Below are positions 28,701-36,992 of a stretch of 64,000 bases of DNA, piece by piece; within the stretch, counting starts at the first letter, position 1, and each line of letters begins with the position of its first letter. The translations under genes and the position numbers were made by a program. The stretch is taken from the NCBI RefSeq assembly GCF_053078305.1, contig NZ_CP166875.1. One strand, given 5' to 3'. The stretch comes from a plasmid. The notes below the pieces were generated by a model, which made no database searches, had not been told where the DNA came from, and saw nothing but the letters and a program-made list of their open reading frames with translations.

Positions 28701-29051
28701 TTACAACATTGTCAGTGCATTAAGGCGGGATGTTTTGGGCTGACGCCAGTCCAGTTTATCGAGGAGCATTGCCAGCTGCGAGCGGGTAATGGATACCTTA
28801 CCGTCACGCACCGCAGGCCAGATAAACTGGCCTTCCTCCAGACGTTTGGTGAACAGGCACAGACCATCAGCATCAGCCCACAGAATTTTAATCGTGTCAC
28901 CCCGTCGGCCGCGAAAGATAAACAGGTGACCGGAGAAGGGGTTCTCATCCAGCACATGTTGTACCTGTTCTCCCAGACCGTTGAAGGATTTACGCATATC
29001 AGTAACGCCGGCAACCAGCCAGATTCGAGTGCCTGATGGGAGCGAGATCAT
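28701..29051 (-). CDS. IS66-family accessory protein TnpB (orf2), 116 aa
   Basis: Middle ORF overlapping orf1 (ATGA), typical IS66 organisation. Confidence 0.8.
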   Translation of the reverse strand: MISLPSGTRIWLVAGVTDMRKSFNGLGEQVQHVLDENPFSGHLFIFRGRRGDTIKILWADADGLCLFTKRLEEGQFIWPAVRDGKVSITRSQLAMLLDKLDWRQPKTSRLNALTML

Positions 29052-29473
29052 CGTCCCCTCCCGGTCAGTTCACGGATCAACACCGTGAGCAGCTCTGGTG
29101 AAGGATTTTCCAGCGTCATGTTACCGTGGCGGAACTCAACTTTACAGGAACTGGCACTGACTGTGCTTTGTGAAGGAGTGGATAAAAGCGGAGTAAGAGC
29201 CGCCACAGGCTCTTTCTGCTCATCAGGCGTTATCTCAACAGGTAATAATTCAACGCCAGCGCCAGAAGAGGTTGTTACCGGAAGACGCCGCGATATACGC
29301 CCTTCGTTCTGCCAGAGCCTGAGCCATTTGAACAGGAGGTTATCATTGATATCGTGTTCCCGGGCAATACGGGCAACAGAGGCTCCTGGTTGTGAAGCCA
29401 GTTTAACCATTTGAAGTTTAAACTCATTTGAAAATGATCTGCGGGGTTCTGAGGATAATATTTTCTGTTCCAT
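29048..29473 (-). CDS. IS66-family accessory protein TnpA (orf1), 141 aa
   Basis: First of three IS-internal ORFs; HTH-like N-terminus. Confidence 0.8.
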   Translation of the reverse strand: MEQKILSSEPRRSFSNEFKLQMVKLASQPGASVARIAREHDINDNLLFKWLRLWQNEGRISRRLPVTTSSGAGVELLPVEITPDEQKEPVAALTPLLSTPSQSTVSASSCKVEFRHGNMTLENPSPELLTVLIRELTGRGR

Positions 29474-30162
29474 AACAGGTGTCCACTAGTTGAAAAGGTG
29501 GGCACCTACGTTACCAATACTGGCTTAATGGCTACATACGGCGGTCAGTTTACGCTTACCTGAAATATGGTTTTCTGGTATTGATATTGATACGCAAATT
29601 TTATTTCAGACTGCTGAAGTTGATGCTTTTTCGTCCTCAAATGGAGTGAGCATTATTAATGGTGTAATATTGAATGATGTATCATGGGATGTGGTGATTG
29701 AAAGTACCGAAGTGAATGACTTGAATTTGTTTGTCTGGAGATTTTTCGAAAGATACGTAGTTAGTAGCTTTTTTATAAAGGGCAAGGAGTTTTGTTGTGA
29801 ATCTGACAAATATCGCTTTAATAAGATAATACCGTATCTTTTGGGTTATAGTCATGAGTATTCTGCTCAGAGAATGGATGTCTCTATTGACCAGTCTAAA
29901 AAAATATTTATGAATTTTAAAAAACACTATGGTTTCTCAGACAGGGATGAGTGGTTGCGATATGCTATAATTTCTGATGTGTTATTTTATCTATATCAAT
30001 ACTTCGCTAGTAATATTAACAACCTTCACCGCAAAGAAATGTAAGTATTCCCGGCACTAAAAGTGCCGGTTTTTGTTAACGTAATTTACTCTTTTGTTGT
30101 TTGTTTTGTGTGCGTCTTATGTAAATATTTTGACTAAATCTCTTTTATGTACGGGAGGTGTG

Positions 30163-30390
30163 GTGATCAAAGGTGCTTTAAGAGCTGCTCCAAGTAGAAA
30201 GGTTTTACTGACCCTTGATGAGGCAACCAATAAATTATTACTTGGAGCCAGAGAGCGCAGTGGAAGAACGAAAACAAATGAAGCATTGGTGAGGTTGCAG
30301 GATCATTTGCAACGTTATCCAGATTTTTATAACGAAGAGATATTCAGGGAGGTGACAGAAGAGAGAGAATCAACTTTTAAAGAACTTTAG
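30163..30390 (+). CDS. traY: Relaxosome accessory protein TraY (R100-like short form, about 75 aa; GTG start inferred)
   Basis: Ribbon-helix-helix-like sequence (RSGRTKTNEALVRLQDHLQRYPDFYNEEIFRE); GGGAGG RBS at 30153-30158; start codon uncertain. Confidence 0.7.
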   Translation: MIKGALRAAPSRKVLLTLDEATNKLLLGARERSGRTKTNEALVRLQDHLQRYPDFYNEEIFREVTEERESTFKEL

Positions 30391-30421
30391 TTTTAATCTT
30401 TTTACATACAATCCGAGGTAA

Positions 30422-30778
30422 TTGATGAATACTTCTGTTAGTGTTCCGGGGGCTTTTACGCCTGTTAAAAAGAAATCATCTTTTTTCTCTAAACTGAACC
30501 TGCTTCGCCTGGTTCGTGCTGTGATCCCGGCAGCTGTGCTGATGATGTTCTTCCCTCAGATGGCCCTGGCTGCTGGCGGTCAGGACCTCATGCAGTCCGG
30601 GAATGACACAGTCAAAGCCACCTTTGGTAAGGACTCCAGTATTGTTAAATGGGTCGTTCTGGCTGAAGTGCTGGTCGGGGCGGTCATGTACATGATGACC
30701 AAAAACGTCAAGTTCCTGGCCGGTTTTGCCATCATCTCTGTATTTATTGCTGTAGGTATGACCGTCGTTGGCCTCTGA
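30422..30778 (+). CDS. traA: Propilin (F-pilin precursor)
   Basis: Translation ends ...[68 protein letters not shown], recognised as F-type pilin. Confidence 0.93.
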   Translation: MMNTSVSVPGAFTPVKKKSSFFSKLNLLRLVRAVIPAAVLMMFFPQMALAAGGQDLMQSGNDTVKATFGKDSSIVKWVVLAEVLVGAVMYMMTKNVKFLAGFAIISVFIAVGMTVVGL

Positions 30779-30792
30779 CAGGAAATAAAACG

Positions 30793-31104
30793 ATGTCGGG
30801 AGACGAGAATAAACTTAAGAAATATCGTTTCCCGGAAACACTGACCAACCAGAGCCGCTGGTTTGGCCTGCCACTGGATGAACTGATCCCCGCAGCGATC
30901 TGTATTGGCTGGGGTATCACAACATCGAAATATCTGTTCGGTATTGGTGCGGCGGTTCTGGTTTATTTCGGGATAAAAAAGCTGAAAAAAGGGCGGGGCA
31001 GCTTCTGGTTACGGGATCTTATTTACTGGTATATGCCAACAGTCCTGCTGCGCGGTATTTTTCATAATGTTCCTGATTCGTGTTTCCGGCAGTGGATTAA
31101 ATAG
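30793..31104 (+). CDS. traL: Pilus assembly protein TraL
   Basis: Sequence [30 protein letters not shown]... recognised as TraL; gene order. Confidence 0.9.
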   Translation: MSGDENKLKKYRFPETLTNQSRWFGLPLDELIPAAICIGWGITTSKYLFGIGAAVLVYFGIKKLKKGRGSFWLRDLIYWYMPTVLLRGIFHNVPDSCFRQWIK

Positions 31105-31125
31105 AACTGATACCTGGATTGTTAT

Positions 31126-31692
31126 ATGGAACACGGTGCCCGCTTAAGTACCAGTCGTGTACTGGCCATTGCTTTTATATTTATGTCCCTGCTCATTGTT
31201 CTCAGCCTGACTGTTAACGTGATTCAGGGGGTGAATAATTACCGCCTTCAGAATGAACAGCGTACTGCCGTGACACCGATGGGATTTAATATGCCCTTTG
31301 CGGTATCACAGAACAGTGCTGATGCCTCTTTTTTGCAGCAGATGGCGCTGGCGTTTATTGCCCTGCGCCTGAATGTCTCACCGGAAATCGTCGATGCTTC
31401 TCACCAGGCACTTCTGCAGTATATCCGTCCGGGCGCGCAGAATAAGATGAAAGTGATTCTGGCCGAAGAAGCAAAGCTCATCAAAAAAGATAATGTGAAT
31501 TCTGCTTTTTTCCAGACCAGTGTTCGTGTCTGGCCACAATATGGTCGTGTGGAAATCCGTGGGATTCGGAAAACATGGATTGGTAACTCCGAACCTTTCA
31601 CTGATATCAAACATTACATTCTTATTCTGAAACGGGAAAACGGGGTGACCTGGCTGGATAATTTCGGGGAAACAGACGATGAGAAAAAATAA
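31126..31692 (+). CDS. traE: Pilus assembly protein TraE
   Basis: 188-aa ORF, gene order and N-terminal TM segment. Confidence 0.9.
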   Translation: MEHGARLSTSRVLAIAFIFMSLLIVLSLTVNVIQGVNNYRLQNEQRTAVTPMGFNMPFAVSQNSADASFLQQMALAFIALRLNVSPEIVDASHQALLQYIRPGAQNKMKVILAEEAKLIKKDNVNSAFFQTSVRVWPQYGRVEIRGIRKTWIGNSEPFTDIKHYILILKRENGVTWLDNFGETDDEKK

Positions 31693-32407
31693 GACAGTAA
31701 TAATATCCGCCTGCCTGCTTTTTTCCGGCAGCGTGCTGGCAGGAAACGGCACACTGGCACCTACAGTGGTTCCGATGGTCAATGGCGGTCAGGCAAGTAT
31801 TGCCATCAGTAATACCAGCCCGAATCTGTTTACCGTCCCCGGTGACCGGATTATCGCCGTGAACAGTCTGGATGGTGCCCTGACCAATAATGAGCAGACT
31901 GCGTCCGGTGGTGTGGTGGTGGCCACCGTCAACAAAAAGCCTTTTACGTTCATTCTGGAAACAGAACGTGGTCTTAATCTTTCCATTCAGGCCGTTCCCC
32001 GTGAAGGCGCCGGGCGTACCATTCAGCTGGTCAGCGATTTGCGCGGAACAGGAGAAACTGCCGGTGCATGGGAAACATCCACGCCTTACGAATCCCTGCT
32101 GGTTTCCATCAGTCAGGCGGTTCGTGCCGGACAACTGCCAGAAGGCTGGTATCAGATCCCCGTGACAAAGGAAACCCTGCAGGCCCCTGCCGGAATGTCC
32201 GCAAAAGCTGAAGCCGTATGGACGGGGAATCACCTGAAGATGGTGCGCTTTACCGTGGAAAATAAAACGCTGTCTGCGCTGAATATCCGGGAAAGTGACT
32301 TCTGGCAGCCGGGAACCCGGGCGGTGATGTTCAGCCAGCCTGTCAGCCAGTTACTGGTCGCTGCCCGTATGGATGTGTACGTCATTCGTGACGGGGAGGG
32401 CAACTGA
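31679..32407 (+). CDS. traK: T4SS secretin-like protein TraK
   Basis: 242-aa ORF, gene order; overlapping start/stop with traE and traB. Confidence 0.9.
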   Translation: MRKNKTVIISACLLFSGSVLAGNGTLAPTVVPMVNGGQASIAISNTSPNLFTVPGDRIIAVNSLDGALTNNEQTASGGVVVATVNKKPFTFILETERGLNLSIQAVPREGAGRTIQLVSDLRGTGETAGAWETSTPYESLLVSISQAVRAGQLPEGWYQIPVTKETLQAPAGMSAKAEAVWTGNHLKMVRFTVENKTLSALNIRESDFWQPGTRAVMFSQPVSQLLVAARMDVYVIRDGEGN

Positions 32408-33837
32408 TGGCCAGTATCAACACCATTGTGAAACGCAAGCAGTTCCTGTGGCTGGGGATTGTGATTGTCGGATCGGTATCAGCAATTGGTGGTGCGCTTT
32501 ATCTGTCTGATATGGATATGTCCGGGAACACTGATGCCGTTGCAGGGCAGGAGCCTGTGCCGGATATGACCGGTGTTGTGGATACGACCTTTGATGACAA
32601 GGTGCGTCAGCATGCCACCACAGAGATGCAGGTGACGGCGGCACAGATGCAGAAGCAGTATGAGGAAATCCGTCGTGAGATGGATGTTCTGAACAAACAG
32701 CGTGGTGATGACCAGCGTCGCATTGAAAAGCTGGGGCAGGAGAATGCTGCGCTGGCAGAGCAGGTGAAAGCCCTGGGCGCGAATCCCGTTACAGTGACCG
32801 GAGAGCCTGTGCCACAGATGCCGGCATCCCCTCCCGGTCCGGAGGGGGAGCCTCAGCCCGGTAATGCGCCCGTTGCTTTTCCACCGCAGGGGGCAGGTGC
32901 AGTGCCACCGCCCACCGCGTTCTATCCGGGCAACGGAGCCACGCCGCCGCCACAGGTGACGTACCAGTCTGTGCCGGTGCCGAACCGGATACAGCGTAAA
33001 ACGTTCAGCTATGATGCTGGCACAAAGCAAACTCCGTCCCTGCCGTACATTCCGTCAGGCAGTTTTGCGAAAGCCATTCTGATTGAAGGGGCGGATGCCA
33101 ATGCTTCTGTCACCGGTAATGAATCCACGGTGCCGATGCAGCTGCGTATCACCGGTCTGGTGGAAATGCCGAACAGCAAAACCTATGACGCAACGGGATG
33201 CTTTGTTGGGCTGGAAGCCTGGGGGGATGTGTCCAGTGAGCGTGCCATCGTGCGTACCCGCAATATCAGCTGCCTGAAGGAGGGTAAAACCATCGATATG
33301 CCGGTTAAAGGGCATGTCAGCTTCCGGGGTAAAAACGGTATCAAGGGTGAAGTGGTGATGCGTAACGGCAAAATCCTCGGCTGGGCATGGGGCGCGGGAT
33401 TTGTTGACGGTATCGGTCAGGGAATGGAGCGCGCTTCCCAGCCGGCTGTCGGGCTGGGTGCCACTGCCGCTTACGGGGCCGGCGATGTCCTGAAAATGGG
33501 TATCGGTGGCGGTGCATCGAAAGCGGCACAGACACTCAGTGACTACTACATCAAACGCGCTGAGCAGTATCACCCGGTGATACCCATCGGGGCGGGTAAT
33601 GAAGTGACGGTGGTGTTCCAGGACGGTTTCCAGCTGAAAACCGTGGAAGAGATGGCGCTGGAGCAGGCTCAGGGGCAGGTGGAAGAGAGTAACCCGGGAA
33701 GTCCCGTGCCGAATCCGCCATCCGCAGAGAGTCACCTGAATGGTCTGAATACCGACCAGATGCTGAAGCAGCTGGGCGACCTGAATCCGCAGCAGTTTAT
33801 GGCCGGTGGTCAGGAAGGGGGCAACGATGGCAAATAA
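32407..33837 (+). CDS. traB: T4SS inner-membrane/periplasmic protein TraB (VirB10-like)
   Basis: 476-aa ORF with proline-rich region, gene order. Confidence 0.9.
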   Translation: MASINTIVKRKQFLWLGIVIVGSVSAIGGALYLSDMDMSGNTDAVAGQEPVPDMTGVVDTTFDDKVRQHATTEMQVTAAQMQKQYEEIRREMDVLNKQRGDDQRRIEKLGQENAALAEQVKALGANPVTVTGEPVPQMPASPPGPEGEPQPGNAPVAFPPQGAGAVPPPTAFYPGNGATPPPQVTYQSVPVPNRIQRKTFSYDAGTKQTPSLPYIPSGSFAKAILIEGADANASVTGNESTVPMQLRITGLVEMPNSKTYDATGCFVGLEAWGDVSSERAIVRTRNISCLKEGKTIDMPVKGHVSFRGKNGIKGEVVMRNGKILGWAWGAGFVDGIGQGMERASQPAVGLGATAAYGAGDVLKMGIGGGASKAAQTLSDYYIKRAEQYHPVIPIGAGNEVTVVFQDGFQLKTVEEMALEQAQGQVEESNPGSPVPNPPSAESHLNGLNTDQMLKQLGDLNPQQFMAGGQEGGNDGK

Positions 33838-34411
33838 TACGTCGTCCAGTCAGGCGTGCCATACCGCCCGGTATGTTGTCGCCCGGGTTCTGCGTGGACT
33901 GTTCTGGTGTCTGAAATACACCGTCATTCTGCCACTGGCCACAATGGCCCTGATGGCGTTATTTGTTTTATGGAAGGACAACACCACACCAGGGAAATTA
34001 CTGGTTCAGGAAATTGACTTCATAAGACAAACAGCCCCTGCCGGGCAGTTTCCTGTAAGAGAATGTTTGCCTTCTCTGCCAGATCTTCCAGGAGCAGAAG
34101 AGAAAATCTGCCGTTACCGTGCTGCTGATGCTGCAGATTATGTCAGGGAGACTGACCGGTCACTGATGCAACTGGTCACCGCATTATGGGCAACACTGGC
34201 ACTGATGTATGTCTCGCTGGCAGCAATCACCGGGAAATATCTGGTGCGACCCGGAAAAATGAAATGTATCCGGGTGGTAACCGCAGATGAACATCTGAAG
34301 GAAGTTTATACGGAAGATGCTTCCCTGCCGGGAAAAATCAGGAAATGCCATGCTTATTTCCCTGATAACAGAACAAACAGAAACAACGGAGATAAAAATG
34401 AACATGCGTAA
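33806..34411 (+). CDS. traP: TraP
   Basis: Membrane protein ORF in expected position; start may be 33827. Confidence 0.8.
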   Translation: MVRKGATMANNTSSSQACHTARYVVARVLRGLFWCLKYTVILPLATMALMALFVLWKDNTTPGKLLVQEIDFIRQTAPAGQFPVRECLPSLPDLPGAEEKICRYRAADAADYVRETDRSLMQLVTALWATLALMYVSLAAITGKYLVRPGKMKCIRVVTADEHLKEVYTEDASLPGKIRKCHAYFPDNRTNRNNGDKNEHA

Positions 34412-34592
34412 TATTCATGTTATTACGGCCCTCTCTGTACCGGATAAACGCATATCAGATGATTTTATGCATGCTGTTCTCAGTAACTGCACCACAGGAG
34501 TACTTCCTGCACCGGAGAAATTCGGTTCTGAGTCATTGCCGGACAATTTTACTATGACTGCTGTCGGTGTGATGAAGAATTCAGAAATATAA
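34398..34592 (+). CDS. trbD: TrbD (small protein, 64 aa)
   Basis: Small ORF between traP and trbG; start inferred at MNMRNIHVI. Confidence 0.65.
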   Translation: MNMRNIHVITALSVPDKRISDDFMHAVLSNCTTGVLPAPEKFGSESLPDNFTMTAVGVMKNSEI

Positions 34593-34603
34593 GGAACCCT
34601 TCG

Positions 34604-34855
34604 ATGAATAAGCTGGTTTCTGATGGCAGCGTCAAAAAAATAAATTATCCGGTGCTGTATGAGTCCGGAATAACACCTCCGTTATGTGAAGTCAGTGCAC
34701 CAGAACCTGATGCGGGTGGGAAACGCATTGTGGCATATGTTTATAAATCATCACGGAATACGGTTTTTGAAAATCCTGACATTGTAAAAACCTGTACGGT
34801 CAGGGATTTGAAGAATGATTTTGTGAACTGCGATGAGAAAGGTGAGGGACAATGA
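34604..34855 (+). CDS. trbG: TrbG
   Basis: 83-aa ORF in expected position. Confidence 0.75.
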   Translation: MNKLVSDGSVKKINYPVLYESGITPPLCEVSAPEPDAGGKRIVAYVYKSSRNTVFENPDIVKTCTVRDLKNDFVNCDEKGEGQ

Positions 34856-35367
34856 AACAGATTTCTTTATTTATTCCGCTGCTGGGGACGTTATTACTTT
34901 CCGGCTGTGCCGGAACAAACTCCGACTTTGAGTGTGATGCCACCACATCCGATACCTGTATGACGATGGAGCAGGCCAATGAGAAGGCCAAAAAACTGGA
35001 GCAGTCCTCAGAAGCAAAGCCGGTTGCGGCATCACTGCAGCGCCTGGCTGAAGGGAACTTCCGGACAATGCCGGTGCAGACCGTCACCGCGACCTCTCCG
35101 TCCGGCAGCAGACCTGCGGTGACGGCACTTCCGGAGCAGAAACTGCTGGCACCACGTCCGCTGTTTACCGCTGCCCGGGAAGTGAAAACGGTTGTTCCGG
35201 TCAGTTCAGTTGCACCGGTAATACCTCCCCGTCCGCTAAGAACGGGTGAGCAGACGGCAGCATTATGGATAGCGCCTTATATTGATAATCAGGATGTTTA
35301 TCATCAGCCATCCAGTGTGTTTTTTGTTATTAAACCGTCTGCGTGGGGAAAACCACGTATTAATTAA
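34852..35367 (+). CDS. traV: Outer-membrane lipoprotein TraV
   Basis: 171 aa, lipobox LLLSGCAG, gene order. Confidence 0.9.
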   Translation: MKQISLFIPLLGTLLLSGCAGTNSDFECDATTSDTCMTMEQANEKAKKLEQSSEAKPVAASLQRLAEGNFRTMPVQTVTATSPSGSRPAVTALPEQKLLAPRPLFTAAREVKTVVPVSSVAPVIPPRPLRTGEQTAALWIAPYIDNQDVYHQPSSVFFVIKPSAWGKPRIN

Positions 35368-35501
35368 CAGGCCCTGAAGTTGTATATCAGCCGGCAATGC
35401 CGGCGGGCTTTCTGTATTCAAAATCTGCCTGTAAAACGAGTGCCCTGTGCGTGAAAAGGGATGGGCGGTAGCGTGTCAGAACATGTCGGGAGGAATATTC
35501 C

Positions 35502-35723
35502 GTGAGTGATGAAGCCGATGAAGCATATTCAGTAACAGAACAACTGACCATGACAGGAATAAACCGGATACGCCAGAAAATAAATGTTCATGGTATTCCT
35601 GTTTATCTCTGTGAAGCATGCGGAAATCCTATTCCGGAAGCCCGGCGGAAAATATTTCCCGGTGTGACGTTGTGCGTTGAATGTCAGGCGTATCAGGAAA
35701 GGCAGAGGAAACACTATGCATAA
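35502..35723 (+). CDS. traR: TraR (DksA/TraR-family zinc-finger protein)
   Basis: 73 aa with CEACGNPIPEARRKIFPGVTLCVECQ zinc-finger motif. Confidence 0.9.
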   Translation: MSDEADEAYSVTEQLTMTGINRIRQKINVHGIPVYLCEACGNPIPEARRKIFPGVTLCVECQAYQERQRKHYA

Positions 35724-36189
35724 ATCAGAAAATGAAAAAATAGATTCTATTCTGGATGAACATCAACAGATATATCGCAGACATAACCGAATAGATAACA
35801 TCCTGGCGTTTTTTGCGTGTATTGCATGGATTCCCTGTATTATTGCTGCGTTCGGCGTTGATGGTATATATCTGAAAATCCTGTTTGCGGTCCTTGCCTG
35901 CTGTGGTGCGGTATGCTTTTTTATTTTCTTCTTCACTCTCCTGCCGGAATCACTCATGGTCCTCAGCCGTCAGAGCCTGCTTCAGCTTATGCGTCTGACT
36001 GAAGACGTACCGGATGCGAGACAGGAACTGCTTAACCGTCTGCTGTCCGGTAAAAAACTGACTGGTCGGGATGAAAAGGATATCCGGCGTCTCTGGCAGG
36101 AGAAAGTGGATGCAATGCAGGAGTCTGCCACCCGTCAGCGTGAACAGGATACCATCCGGAAGTTTACTGAAGGGAATAAATCCGAATGA
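35716..36189 (+). CDS. Hypothetical membrane protein (about 157 aa), non-canonical ORF between traR and traC
   Basis: ORF with two predicted TM helices (ILAFFACIAWIPCIIAAFGV, LFAVLACCGAVCFFIFFFTLL); low GC. Confidence 0.6.
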   Translation: MHKSENEKIDSILDEHQQIYRRHNRIDNILAFFACIAWIPCIIAAFGVDGIYLKILFAVLACCGAVCFFIFFFTLLPESLMVLSRQSLLQLMRLTEDVPDARQELLNRLLSGKKLTGRDEKDIRRLWQEKVDAMQESATRQREQDTIRKFTEGNKSE

Positions 36190-36268
36190 AAATCTGCTGT
36201 GTTTTATAACCTCATAAGTTAACTGAAGGAGTATTCAGTGATTAATATTTCACTGGAGGTAATAAAGA

Positions 36269-36487
36269 ATGCATACCTTTATTTTTCTTGTGCTGATGAA
36301 AAATGTTGGCGGTGGCGGAAGCTGGAATGTTACCCCCATGCCAAATACGGACGTATGCGTGCAGGTTCTTCGGACAATCGAAGCACATGGAGGCAGGGGA
36401 TTTGGAAATACAGGGGAGTGTATTGAAGTTAAAACTAATGAACCTTTGAATAACGTGATGGAAACACTGAATGGTGGTGGGCTATGA
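36269..36487 (+). CDS. Hypothetical small secreted glycine-rich protein (72 aa)
   Basis: N-terminal hydrophobic signal-like segment MHTFIFLVLM, RBS GGAGG upstream; low confidence. Confidence 0.4.
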   Translation: MHTFIFLVLMKNVGGGGSWNVTPMPNTDVCVQVLRTIEAHGGRGFGNTGECIEVKTNEPLNNVMETLNGGGL

Positions 36488-36514
36488 GTGCTTACTGCTT
36501 CGAAGGAAAATGAA

Positions 36515-36862
36515 ATGAAGTCGATATATTTAAAATATTTTCTGTCTTTTGTATTTGTTGGTGTTATGGCTATGATTGTATGTATTCCTTTTTACATCAT
36601 TTACCTTGCGCAACAACCTGCAACACCAGAACAACTGACAGAGATTTTACAGGAAACTCCCTGTGCAGCAGAAGCATTTCAGGAGACACTTAATTATCAG
36701 TCTGAACCTTTAACATTTGGTAAGGCAAATAAAATCGCATCAGAATGCAGAAAAAGAAATGAAATGGAAGAGGCGCGACGGGTAAGAGAAAACGAGCTCA
36801 ATAAGATACGCGAAAAACAACTTCAGGCATTAAGTGATGCTGATTCAGCAAAGGAACGTTAA
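36515..36862 (+). CDS. Hypothetical membrane-anchored protein (about 115 aa)
   Basis: ORF 36488..36862; start MKSIYLKYFLSFVFVGVMAMIVCIPFYIIYL; one TM helix then a charged coiled-coil-like tail. Confidence 0.55.
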   Translation: MKSIYLKYFLSFVFVGVMAMIVCIPFYIIYLAQQPATPEQLTEILQETPCAAEAFQETLNYQSEPLTFGKANKIASECRKRNEMEEARRVRENELNKIREKQLQALSDADSAKER

Positions 36863-36992
36863 TTGTAATCCTGGTTTCCTGTTAAAAGCCTCCATCTCTT
36901 ATTTGTGCTGTGGTTTCAGAAATGGCACTGCGTGATATATCCACGCCACAGACTGATATTTTCCTTTTTTAAACGTACTAAGGAATACTCAT

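Larger units (their letters stand above)
27027..29559 (-). mobile_element. IS66-family insertion sequence (2533 bp) with imperfect terminal IRs and 8-bp target site duplication CTGAAATA
   Basis: Ends GTAAGCGTCAACGGAGC (27027-) and reverse complement GTAAGCGTAAACTGACC (-29559); identical flanking octamers at 27019-27026 and 29560-29567; three ORFs in IS66 order. Confidence 0.9.
26856..30044 (+). pseudogene. traJ: traJ (tra operon activator) interrupted by an IS66-family insertion after codon 57
   Basis: N-terminal part (26856-27026, [47 protein letters not shown]...) shows TraJ-like ETGKFI-type similarity; the reading frame continues in phase after removing the 2541-bp insert (29568-30044). 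Confidence 0.8.

Noticed and set aside
29646-30044. 132-aa ORF as a separate gene upstream of traY
   Set aside because: It is in phase with the traJ N-terminal part once the IS66 insert and target duplication are removed, so it is the distal portion of the disrupted traJ.
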